A stretch of 39,944 bases of DNA from a virus. Location of the stretch: positions 1 to 39,944 of the IMG/VR virus record IMGVR_UViG_3300018476_000009; one strand, given 5' to 3'. Below the pieces are notes generated by a model. The model did no database searches and was not told the DNA's origin. It worked only from the letters and a program-made list of their open reading frames with translations. Positions 8,982 through 16,713 of this stretch are shown here, piece by piece. Every line of letters starts with the position of its first letter. Positions within the stretch are counted from its first letter, which is position 1. The position numbers and the translations under genes are program-made.

Positions 8982-9595
8982 CGTCGGTGACTGCGAACGG
9001 CGTAGACCGTCCAGATACTCACGCCATATTTCTCGGCCATCACCGCAGCGGAGGCACCGCTGGCGCGCATGTCCAGCACGGCGGCCTCTGTCAACTTCTG
9101 GCTGTAACTGACGCGTCTATTCTTGACCTGTTCTTTCGGCGTGGCCCAGCGGCAATTCTCAGCGGAATAGCCGAGATCGTTGTTCACCCGATCCAGCGAG
9201 TGCTGCGCGCTGGGTTTGCGCCCCATATCCGCGAAGAAGTGTACGAACGAGTGGCGCCAGCGGTCGCAGACCGTGATCCCTCGGCCGCCCCAATACTTCC
9301 ATTCCCGCGTGTTCGGATTGGTGCATCGGGCGAGCATTTGGGACCAGACGGTGTATTCAGGGGTGGGAGGATTGCTCTGCCCGTGCGTACGCATTGCGGC
9401 AGACACCTTTTCTCGGTGGAGGCAGCCACAACTGCGCGTATCACCTCGGCGCAGATTTTCACCGATCACCGTGGTCCGCTTGCCGCATTGGCATTGGCAC
9501 TCCCACGCCAGTTTTCCGCTCAGGCGTTTCTCGGACACGCCGATCACGTAGAGTCGGCCAAATGTGAGTCCGTCAAGAGGTTTCCGTGGTCGCAT
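8954..9595 (-). CDS. homing-endonuclease-like protein (degenerate HNH/AP2-type core plus C-terminal HTH) (213 aa)
   Basis: FGRL.V...W.CQCQCG...SCGC, then YWGGRGITVCDRW...F..DMG.KP...SLDRVNNDLGYSAENCRWATPKEQ, then LTEAAVLDMR...AEKYGVSIWTV. Opposite strand to all neighbours and visibly lower GC. Confidence 0.5.
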   Translation of the reverse strand: MRPRKPLDGLTFGRLYVIGVSEKRLSGKLAWECQCQCGKRTTVIGENLRRGDTRSCGCLHREKVSAAMRTHGQSNPPTPEYTVWSQMLARCTNPNTREWKYWGGRGITVCDRWRHSFVHFFADMGRKPSAQHSLDRVNNDLGYSAENCRWATPKEQVKNRRVSYSQKLTEAAVLDMRASGASAAVMAEKYGVSIWTVYAVRSHRRHADTSSSK

Positions 9596-9634
9596 ATTGC
9601 GAGTTTATCACCGTCTACATAAGGTAACCATGCT

Positions 9635-10117
9635 TTGGCTGATAACCTCGTCTCGCAGTCTCTAACCCCCGCCACGATTCCAGACGCCACGGCCATCGGG
9701 GCCGCACAGGGCAGTTTCAGTGGCGACACGGTCTATCTCGGCATCGGCCTCGTCGCCAAGTCCTCGGGCGCGGAAGGCGCGCGGGTCTTCACGCTGGTGG
9801 CGCCCGCCGAGAAGGTGGCGCTCAGTGTCACCGCGCTGCAAGTCACCGCGTCGGGCGATACGACGCTCGTCGCGAGCGGCACGCGGAAGTTGCTGCGCGT
9901 CGAAGCCTCCAACGCGCACGCGTCCACCGCCGTCGTCGTCGGCCTCAAGGTCTCCACGCTGAATAGCGGCGCGGTGTTCGGGAAGCGGTATCTCACCGCC
10001 GCTGGCGGGCAGACGACGTGGGATTTTTCGACCAACTATCTCCCGATCACCGCGGAGGCGATCGTCGCGAATCTGTCCGCGACCGGCACCGTGGAGATGA
10101 CGGCGTATTACGAGTGA
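9635..10117 (+). CDS. hypothetical beta-rich tail protein (160 aa)
   Basis: TTG start with AAGG 9 nt upstream. Ala/Thr/Val/Gly-rich. Its stop overlaps GTG 10114 of the next ORF (GTGA). Confidence 0.5.
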   Translation: MADNLVSQSLTPATIPDATAIGAAQGSFSGDTVYLGIGLVAKSSGAEGARVFTLVAPAEKVALSVTALQVTASGDTTLVASGTRKLLRVEASNAHASTAVVVGLKVSTLNSGAVFGKRYLTAAGGQTTWDFSTNYLPITAEAIVANLSATGTVEMTAYYE

Positions 10118-10521
10118 CTGCGAACTTAGTCTGGTGGTTTGGCGCGATGCAGACCGGCCACGCGACACCGGGACCGCCGGAGCCTGGGATTCGGGTGATT
10201 CGCCGCCAGCGCCAGTTCGCGCATCTCAATCAGACGCATCTGCTGCTCTTCATCGATCACCTGGAACTCTACATTCAGTCAGGCAAGGGGAATGCGACCG
10301 CACCCGATCCCCAGATGATGCTCCAGTACAGCAAAGATGGCGGGCGCACCTGGAGTGCCGAACGGTGGACGAGCGCGGGCAAGGTCGGCGAATACCGGCG
10401 CCGCCTCCGCTGGATGCAGCTCGGACAGGCCCGCAATTGGACGTTTCGCGTGACCGCGACCGACGCGACGATCTGGCATCTCGCGCAACTCTGGGCGACC
10501 GTGCGCGAGGGGAGCGCCTGA
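10114..10521 (+). CDS. stand-alone copy of the gp10-type C-terminal domain (135 aa)
   Basis: GTGA overlap. RVIRRQRQFAHLNQTHLLLFIDHLELYIQSGKGN...MMLQYSKDGGRTWSAERWTSAGKVGEYRRRLRWMQLGQARNWTFRV parallels the end of P22 gp10 (...CFDLEVESSTG...LSATTDGINYG...YDKRVLWKRVGRIRRLIGFKLRV, from memory). About 73% identical to the C-terminus of 10523..12136. Confidence 0.55.
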   Translation: MTANLVWWFGAMQTGHATPGPPEPGIRVIRRQRQFAHLNQTHLLLFIDHLELYIQSGKGNATAPDPQMMLQYSKDGGRTWSAERWTSAGKVGEYRRRLRWMQLGQARNWTFRVTATDATIWHLAQLWATVREGSA

Positions 10522-10522
10522 C

Positions 10523-12136
10523 GTGGCGCTCTATAGCTGCGTCAAGGTCTTTGACGACGCCACGGGCACGACGCCGTTTACCCAAACGGTGACGGGCATC
10601 ACCGATGGGCGCACGGGCGTGCCGTTTCTCGGCCATACGTTCCTGACATGGAGCTGCACGTCGCCGCTGAATGAACTGGTGCAGTTCCCGGCCTACGGCA
10701 CGCTGTTCAATTCCGGCATCGCGACGGGCGCGACGCACGGCGGCTCGCAGGGCACGGGCGACGTGAGCGGGTTTGTGGGCCTCAAGACCGTGTCGGGCTG
10801 CGGCGGGGCGCGCTATAGCTTCATCACCAACGGCCCGTATCCCTTCTTTGGCGGCGACATCCTCGACTTTGGCTATATCACGGCCGTGGCGTCGGGCAGT
10901 TTCACGATTACCTGGGACAAGAAGACCACGCCGTTTACCACGGTCGCCCGCATGGTGCTGGTGCTGGGCGGCGACGGCTGGAACGTGGACATCACCACGG
11001 GCACCTGGAACAGTGTGCATCCGACCACGGCGGCACCGCAGGGCGTGCTGTTGCCCGTGTCGCTGGCCTATTACACGAACGCGGCGCCCTCGGCCGCGAC
11101 CGGCGCGGGCGGCGCGTTGCAGGGCATCGGCTGGGACACCATCGACGGCGTGCGCGCGGGCACCACGTACAAGCTGCAAACCCAAAACGCGACGGTGCAG
11201 CTCCACGACCGCGTGCCGGTCGTTATCAACTCGGAGACCGTCCCGCCGCAGCAGGAATCCGGCGTGCCGATTGTCGGGACGTGGGGGCCGACCTCGTGGA
11301 CGGGGACCGGAGCCGGTGGCCTGTCTGGCGCCCCGGCGATGGGGCAGATCGCGTTCAGCGGGGACGGGATCGTCTGTAAGGCGGGCACCTTTGACGCGCC
11401 GCTCGTGGACGGCGCCATGACGATCGACCTCGGCCTGGACCCGCAGGTGATCGTGGTGGCATCAAATGGCTACCCGGTCTCCACGGCCATCCAGGCACCC
11501 GTCTGCGGGCTGTCCATCGGCGTGACCGACCGGACCCACGTCGCCAGTGTCTGGACGGGGGAATCGACCATCGGCCCGTCGCCCACCGTCGAGGGCATGA
11601 ACCTGCTCTCGGACCAGTCTCTGACGGTCAGCGGCACGGCGGTGGGCGCAGGGACGGTCCTGCACAATCGGATGACGATGGCCCCGATCACGGGGGACGA
11701 TGGCCTCGCGACGTTCACGTTCACCGACACGGACGGGACGGCGCCGAACGTGATCTGGTTTGCGGTGGGCGTCGAGGCCCATCCGGGGCCGCCGCCGCCC
11801 GACCGGCGCGTCATTCGGCGGTTGCGGCAGTTCGCGCACCTGAACGAGACGAATCTGCTCCTGTTTGTCGATCAGCTCGAGGTGTATCTGCAGGCCGGGG
11901 TGGGCAACGCGGAGGCGCCAGACCCGCAGATGATGCTCCAGTACTCGAAAGACGGCGGCGAGACGTGGAGCGCCGAACGCTGGATGTCGGCGGGGAAGGT
12001 CGGGGAGTTCACCAAGCGGCTGCGGTGGATGCAACTGGGCCAGTCCCGTGATTGGGTGTTCCGCGTGGTCGCCAGTGACGCCGTCGCGTGGGATCTCGTA
12101 GAAATGTGGGCCAATGTCAGGCAAGGGTCGAGTTAG
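10523..12136 (+). CDS. tail protein with a unique 420-aa N-terminal region fused to a gp10-type C-terminal domain (537 aa)
   Basis: GTG start with GAGGGGAG upstream. The last ~117 aa (PGPPPPDRRVIRRLRQFAHLNETNLLLFVDQLEVYLQAGVGN...) are paralogous to 10114..10521. Confidence 0.6.
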   Translation: MALYSCVKVFDDATGTTPFTQTVTGITDGRTGVPFLGHTFLTWSCTSPLNELVQFPAYGTLFNSGIATGATHGGSQGTGDVSGFVGLKTVSGCGGARYSFITNGPYPFFGGDILDFGYITAVASGSFTITWDKKTTPFTTVARMVLVLGGDGWNVDITTGTWNSVHPTTAAPQGVLLPVSLAYYTNAAPSAATGAGGALQGIGWDTIDGVRAGTTYKLQTQNATVQLHDRVPVVINSETVPPQQESGVPIVGTWGPTSWTGTGAGGLSGAPAMGQIAFSGDGIVCKAGTFDAPLVDGAMTIDLGLDPQVIVVASNGYPVSTAIQAPVCGLSIGVTDRTHVASVWTGESTIGPSPTVEGMNLLSDQSLTVSGTAVGAGTVLHNRMTMAPITGDDGLATFTFTDTDGTAPNVIWFAVGVEAHPGPPPPDRRVIRRLRQFAHLNETNLLLFVDQLEVYLQAGVGNAEAPDPQMMLQYSKDGGETWSAERWMSAGKVGEFTKRLRWMQLGQSRDWVFRVVASDAVAWDLVEMWANVRQGSS

Positions 12137-12810
12137 GGCAGATGCTTCCAAATCCTTTTTGCCCGAATCGCCTTAATCGTGGAGTCCGTGACGCCATATT
12201 GGCGTGCGAGCGTCGTCGCGCCCACGTCGCATCCGCGGATGAACATCACATCGGGCGTCGTCAACTTCGCGCGGCCATGTTGTTCGCCACGTCGATAGAG
12301 ACCAATGCGCTGCGCGTGGTGCGCGTTCTGCTTCGCCGTCACATACTCCAAATTGTCGATGCGGTTGTCCAGTTTGTTGCCGTTCTTGTGGTTGACCCAC
12401 AGCACACTGGGTCCGAGAAACGCCGCCGCCACGAGTCGATGCACACTGGCGAATTTGACCTTGTACTGGCAGTACAACATCACGGCCGGATAGCCGGTCG
12501 AATTGAGGGTCGTCCGTATGGCGATGCGTCCCAGGCGCGTGCTGCGAATGCGGCCGAAGTTGGACGCCTCATAGCGACCGAGGAAACCCGGATCGACCAC
12601 AGGGCGCCAGATTTCTGGCGACGGCATCGGCGCGATCTCAGGGAGATGCTTCCAGCCTTCGCGCGTCCGAATCCGGCGAATCGCATCGCCGCAGACGCCA
12701 TAGCGAGTCGCCAGGAATCGCTGCGAGAGCGTGCTCTGGCGAATCGCATAGACATCGGCCTCGGTCAGTTTGGCTTTCGGATGATCGGTGCCGCGCGTCC
12801 CTTTCGGCAT
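12133..12810 (-). CDS. HNH homing endonuclease (NUMOD4-like plus HNH_3-like core flanked by two HTH modules) (225 aa)
   Basis: WRPV...YEASNFGRIRS, then VHRLVAAAFLG...VNHKNGNKLDNRIDNLEYVTAKQN. Flanking repeats read AKLTEADVYAIRQ...YGV...IRRIRTREGWKHLP and AKLTTPDVMFIRG...YGVTDSTIKAIRAKRIWKHLP. Start taken at the internal ATG 12810 because the upstream extension overlaps the + fibre gene. Stop codons of this gene and of 10523..12136 overlap. Confidence 0.8.
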   Translation of the reverse strand: MPKGTRGTDHPKAKLTEADVYAIRQSTLSQRFLATRYGVCGDAIRRIRTREGWKHLPEIAPMPSPEIWRPVVDPGFLGRYEASNFGRIRSTRLGRIAIRTTLNSTGYPAVMLYCQYKVKFASVHRLVAAAFLGPSVLWVNHKNGNKLDNRIDNLEYVTAKQNAHHAQRIGLYRRGEQHGRAKLTTPDVMFIRGCDVGATTLARQYGVTDSTIKAIRAKRIWKHLP

Positions 12811-12843
12811 ACGTTCTAGTTTAACGTATTGAAGGCGATCTAG

Positions 12844-13251
12844 TTGGCCATCAAACGATTTAATATCTCGGCGCAAGAGCCAGCATTGAACCCAGACGGG
12901 AAATTCACGGTCTTTTGGTACAATGTTTTCAATCGCCTGTCGGAGTTCGGCGGCGGCACGTTTGTGCAGTCGGTGGGCGCGTCGTCGCCGCTCAGTTCGA
13001 CGGGCGGCGACACGCCGGTCATCGGCCTGAATGACAGCGCCGTGACGCCGGGAACGTATGGCGACGCGACGCACGTCGGGCAGTTCACCGTCGACCAGAA
13101 GGGGCTGCTGCAGTTCGCGCAGAACGTGGAGATTACGGGCGGGGGCGGCGACGGCTACTGGAGCGTAATTACGAATGGAGATCCTGTAACCCCAGAATTA
13201 CTGTTCGACAGCAACGGAGACGCGATTATGGGATTTGTGCCGACGCCATGA
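12844..13251 (+). CDS. tail fibre protein, short (135 aa)
   Basis: TTG start. LSSTGGDTPVIGLNDSAVTPGTYGDATHVGQFTVDQKGLLQFAQNVEI is a typical phage fibre repeat. N-terminal W..VFNRL motif. Confidence 0.6.
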   Translation: MAIKRFNISAQEPALNPDGKFTVFWYNVFNRLSEFGGGTFVQSVGASSPLSSTGGDTPVIGLNDSAVTPGTYGDATHVGQFTVDQKGLLQFAQNVEITGGGGDGYWSVITNGDPVTPELLFDSNGDAIMGFVPTP

Positions 13252-13439
13252 CGAATCCTACCGCCACGATCTTCGTGCCCTACATTGCGATTGATGACCT
13301 GATACAGGCAGGCACCCGTGCCGCCCAACCGGACGCGACGGAGGTCACCGAGGGCACGCTCTACTCGGTGACGGATGAAGGCAATCTGATCGAGCGCAGT
13401 AACGGCACGGTCTGGGAACAATACGGCCCCACGCCATGA
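13248..13439 (+). CDS. stand-alone fibre C-terminal module (63 aa)
   Basis: ATGA overlap. TATIFVPYIAIDDLIQAGTRAAQPDATEVTEGTLYSVTDEGNLIERSNGTVWEQY is about half identical to the last 59 aa of 14793..16703. Confidence 0.55.
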   Translation: MTNPTATIFVPYIAIDDLIQAGTRAAQPDATEVTEGTLYSVTDEGNLIERSNGTVWEQYGPTP

Positions 13440-13804
13440 ATCCGAACTCAGCGCACCAAATCTGGAGTCAGTGGCACTACACCGTCGCGGCGGTGCGCGA
13501 GCCGTCGCTCACCCTCGTGCGCGACAACTGTGCGCGCTTCGGACGCAGGGCGTTTGGCAGCGCCGCGCAGATGCGCGTGCAGCCCGCGTGGACGATTGCC
13601 ATCCTCGCGGAAGGGGTGCCGGTGTGGGACGCGGCGTTTGTCACCTGGATGCACGCCCGATGGCGCCGCTTCCTCAGCAACGGGTTCGGCGCAGACGCCG
13701 TCATCACCAGCACCGCACGGCTCATGGCGGGTCCGGTCGAGAGTAGACCGCCTGACCAGATGATTATCGTCCCGGCAATTACGCTCACAGGAAAGGTTGG
13801 GTAG
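13436..13804 (+). CDS. hypothetical protein (122 aa)
   Basis: ATGA overlap. Trp/Arg-rich, with no motif I recognise. Confidence 0.45.
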   Translation: MNPNSAHQIWSQWHYTVAAVREPSLTLVRDNCARFGRRAFGSAAQMRVQPAWTIAILAEGVPVWDAAFVTWMHARWRRFLSNGFGADAVITSTARLMAGPVESRPPDQMIIVPAITLTGKVG

Positions 13805-14219
13805 CTATATCGCGAATGCGCTTTACAACAAGTTCAAGCAGTCGTTGCTGCTGGACAAGACCATCGACCTCGACGCCGACGTGATCAAGGCGACCTTGAT
13901 CGACAGTGGCGCCTACACGTTCAGTGCGGCGCATACGTCCTATGCGACCGACGTGGCGGCAGGCGCGAAGATCGCCGTGTCGCCGCAGCTCACCTCGCCG
14001 ACTGGCGTGGACGGCGTGTTCGACACCGCCGACTTTACATGGACGGCCGTCACGGGCGTGCAGTCGGAGGCGATCATCCTGTGGGATGACACGACGACCT
14101 CGCCGATCGCGGACCAGTTGATAGGGTTCTACGACGCCTCCATGACCGGAATGCCCGTCACGCCAAATTCTGGAAATATTAATGTGACGGTGAACGCGGC
14201 CGGATGGTTTAACTTATAG
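13797..14219 (+). CDS. conserved phage structural-region protein (140 aa)
   Basis: TTG start next to GGAAAGG. The pattern LLLDKTIDLDADVIKATLIDSGAYTFSAAH...GVFDTADFTWTAVTG...EAIILWDDT looks like a recurrent phage family whose name I cannot recall. Confidence 0.5.
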   Translation: MGSYIANALYNKFKQSLLLDKTIDLDADVIKATLIDSGAYTFSAAHTSYATDVAAGAKIAVSPQLTSPTGVDGVFDTADFTWTAVTGVQSEAIILWDDTTTSPIADQLIGFYDASMTGMPVTPNSGNINVTVNAAGWFNL

Positions 14220-14249
14220 TAAACAAAGGACTTAGCGTCTCCTCTGGAC

Positions 14250-14774
14250 TCACCCATGACAGGCTTTGCAGTGGCGTCGCCCCTGTCTGTCCAGACGCGT
14301 GTTGCGCGCGTCGTAGGGATGTCCACGGGGACAGTGCGTCTTGGCCGCGTTGCGCGCGGCAGCCGTGGCTGGGCCGATCCCGCGAATGATGTTCTCGCGC
14401 ACCGTCGTCGGTTCGAGGTGGGCGGGGTTGACGCACGCCCGAGAGGTGCAGCCATTGGCCTTGACGTGGTCGAGTGTCATGCCTGTCGGAATGGGGCCGA
14501 CGAGCAATTCATAGACGGCACGATGGGCTTTCAGTTGTCGAATGACTCCGTTGACCGTTTCGGCTGTGTGGCCGTAGCCATCTTTGTCAATCGCGCCCGT
14601 CCACAACCAACACGACGGAGTCTTTCGGATGTGCGTCCAGATGCGCTCTGCCAGCGGGATACTCGGACGCCCGAGTGGCCGTCCTGTTCGCCGTGCGGCG
14701 TTTCGCTGCTCTCGCCATTCGGGATCTGCGGCGTTGCGTCGGTAGTAAGCCAGTTCTGCTGCGGTGCGTCGCAC
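14250..14774 (-). CDS. HNH endonuclease (174 aa)
   Basis: CWLWTGAIDKDGYGH...AHRAVYELLVGPIP.GMTLDHVKANGCTSRACVNPAHLEPTTVRENI plus a C-terminal CPRGH...CKACH zinc motif. GTG start. Opposite strand to neighbours. Confidence 0.8.
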   Translation of the reverse strand: MRRTAAELAYYRRNAADPEWREQRNAARRTGRPLGRPSIPLAERIWTHIRKTPSCWLWTGAIDKDGYGHTAETVNGVIRQLKAHRAVYELLVGPIPTGMTLDHVKANGCTSRACVNPAHLEPTTVRENIIRGIGPATAAARNAAKTHCPRGHPYDARNTRLDRQGRRHCKACHG

Positions 14775-14782
14775 GACGCCGG

Positions 14783-14791
14783 ATTATAACA
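14783..14791 (-). promoter_or_regulatory. extended -10 element TGTTATAAT directly upstream of the HNH gene start
   Basis: The reverse complement of 14783-14791 reads TGTTATAAT. Only 8 nt separate it from GTG 14774 and there is no SD, suggesting a leaderless or near-leaderless transcript. Confidence 0.45.
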
Positions 14792-14792
14792 T

Positions 14793-16703
14793 ATGGCATC
14801 CCCAGTCATGTGTTGTGGCTTCGAGTGCGGCGTCATCGCCCCGACGGGCGGGAAGCACTGGTCGATCATCCTTGGCTCCCCGACGATCTCCACCGCCATC
14901 GTCAGGAGCGGGGCACGGTCCCTGCGCTGTAATCTCACGGCCTCCACCTGGACGGCGGTCGAGACGCCGCTCTTCGCAGGCTCCCGACACATCGGACGCT
15001 TCTACCTCTACTTCGCGACGTTGCCCACAGCGGACTGCCGACTGGTCTATCAGACTGGTGGGGCGGGGCCGGGTATTGCCTTTCAGGCGTCCACGGCGAA
15101 GATTTTCGCGACCATTGGCGGCACGCTGAGCGGGGCTGGCACGGGCGTCGCGGTGACGACCGGCGTCTGGTATCGCATCGACTACGACTTCAATCTCAAT
15201 ACCGCAGGCACCGACACCTGTGACGTGCAGGTCGATGGGGTGGCCTGCACACAAGCCTCCGGCACGGGGGACAGCACGGCCCAACCCTCGGATCAATACG
15301 GGGTGCGTCCCTACAGCGGGTCCATCACGGCCGATGTCTACTTCGATGACGTGCTGATCAGCGAAACCGCTGCGGACTACCCGCTCGGTGCAGGCTTCGT
15401 CAACCACTTCACGCCGACCTCGGACGGCACACACAACGTCGTCACGGCGTCAGGCTTTCTCAGAACCCTCACCGCCACGGCGATCACGAACAGCACGACC
15501 GACGTCAACACGCTGGTGAGCAAGGTGCCGTTGACGACCACGGTGGGCACCTTCGTCAACATGGCCGCTCCGGCTGGAGCCGCCGAATACGTGGAGTGCG
15601 TGATCGGTCCAGCGAGTGGCATCAGCACCCCGACCACGGGGCCGCGCCATGTCCAGGTGCTGGCGGCGGTCCATCAAGCGGCGACCGGCACGGGCAACAT
15701 GGAGGTGCGGCTGAACGACGGCGGCACGATGGGGTCGCCACCGGTCCTCTCCCGCACGACGATTGCCGGGACGACGACGATGAGTTTCGGCGGCGCAGGC
15801 TACCGCAATGCGCCCTCGACGGGAGCCGCGTGGACCGCCGCGAAGTTCAACGCGCTGCGCGTGCGCTTCGGCTCACCGGCGGCAGTCGATGTGAACCCCG
15901 ACCAGTATTTCGACGGGCTGCTGATCGAGGCCGAGTTCGCGCCGTCCGCGACGACGCAGGCGGTCACGGGTGGCACCATCGCCTCAGGGTCTGCGGCCAG
16001 CGCGCCGACAGTGTCTGCCGACCAGAGCGTCACGACCGCCGCGATCGCGTCGGGTTCCACAGCGACCGCACCCACGTCGGTCCAACTGATTCAGAGCATC
16101 ACCAGCGGCACCGTCGCGTCAACCGCTGCGCTGACCGCGCCGAGCGTCGCGGTGGGTCCGGTGGCCGTGACTGGCGGCACGCGCCCCACGACGCTGGCCG
16201 TCACCGCGCCCAGCGTGGCGCCGGGACCAGTCGCCGTCACGGGCGCGGCCATCGCCTCGACACTCGCGGTCACCGCCCCGACGACGGTCAGCCCCGGCGC
16301 CGTCACCGTCACCACCGGCACCATCAGCAGCACGGCGAGCCTCGCCGCCCCGACGCTCACAGTCGGCCCGGTGGCCGTCACGCTCGGCACGGTCTCGAGC
16401 ACGACGGTGCTCGACCCGCCAACCGTCGCCACGGTCTCGACGGCCCTCGCCGTGACCAGCGGCACGATCAGCAGCACGGCGCTCCTGCGACCCCCATCCG
16501 TCAGTGGCGGCGCGGTGGTGACCCGGCCGCTGACGATCTTCACGCCCTACAGCGGCTGGGCGGCGCTCACACTGCGCGGGAATCGCGCTACACAACCTGC
16601 GGCGAGCGCCGTCATTGCTGGTAGCCTCTACAGCGTGATCGATGAGGGCTTCCGCATCGAGCGCAGCACCGGACTCACCTGGGAACCCTTCGCGACGCCA
16701 TGA
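14793..16703 (+). CDS. large tail fibre or receptor-binding protein: jelly-roll-like N-terminal domains, 23-aa tandem repeats, conserved C-terminal module (636 aa)
   Basis: GFECG...RSGARSLR...WYRIDYDF...VQVDGV...VYFDDVLI resembles ConA/LamG-like phage domains. Residues 389-575 are repeats of about 23 aa. The last ~59 aa are shared with 13248..13439. Confidence 0.65.
   Translation: MASPVMCCGFECGVIAPTGGKHWSIILGSPTISTAIVRSGARSLRCNLTASTWTAVETPLFAGSRHIGRFYLYFATLPTADCRLVYQTGGAGPGIAFQASTAKIFATIGGTLSGAGTGVAVTTGVWYRIDYDFNLNTAGTDTCDVQVDGVACTQASGTGDSTAQPSDQYGVRPYSGSITADVYFDDVLISETAADYPLGAGFVNHFTPTSDGTHNVVTASGFLRTLTATAITNSTTDVNTLVSKVPLTTTVGTFVNMAAPAGAAEYVECVIGPASGISTPTTGPRHVQVLAAVHQAATGTGNMEVRLNDGGTMGSPPVLSRTTIAGTTTMSFGGAGYRNAPSTGAAWTAAKFNALRVRFGSPAAVDVNPDQYFDGLLIEAEFAPSATTQAVTGGTIASGSAASAPTVSADQSVTTAAIASGSTATAPTSVQLIQSITSGTVASTAALTAPSVAVGPVAVTGGTRPTTLAVTAPSVAPGPVAVTGAAIASTLAVTAPTTVSPGAVTVTTGTISSTASLAAPTLTVGPVAVTLGTVSSTTVLDPPTVATVSTALAVTSGTISSTALLRPPSVSGGAVVTRPLTIFTPYSGWAALTLRGNRATQPAASAVIAGSLYSVIDEGFRIERSTGLTWEPFATP
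15957..16517 (+). repeat. in-frame tandem repeat, about 8 units of ~69 nt (23 aa), inside the fibre gene
   Basis: Example units: VAVTGGTRPTTLAVTAPSVAPGP / VAVTGAAIASTLAVTAPTTVSPGA / VTVTTGTISSTASLAAPTLTVGP / VAVTLGTVSSTTVLDPPTVATVS. Confidence 0.75.
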
Positions 16704-16713
16704 GAGGCCACTG

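Noticed and set aside
10186-12136. The two hub-domain copies as a diversity-generating retroelement template/variable repeat pair.
   Set aside because: There is no reverse transcriptase gene anywhere in the genome. Differences between the copies are spread over all bases and codon positions, not restricted to adenines.
12811-13074. Upstream extension of the HNH gene to 13074.
   Set aside because: It overlaps the + strand fibre gene 12844..13251, which has fibre motifs. The extension is Arg-rich, and the recognisable endonuclease domains begin after ATG 12810.
15957-16517. Possible CRISPR-like or non-coding repeat array.
   Set aside because: The repeats are in frame within a long ORF, are imperfect at the DNA level, and have no unique spacers. 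This is a protein tandem repeat.
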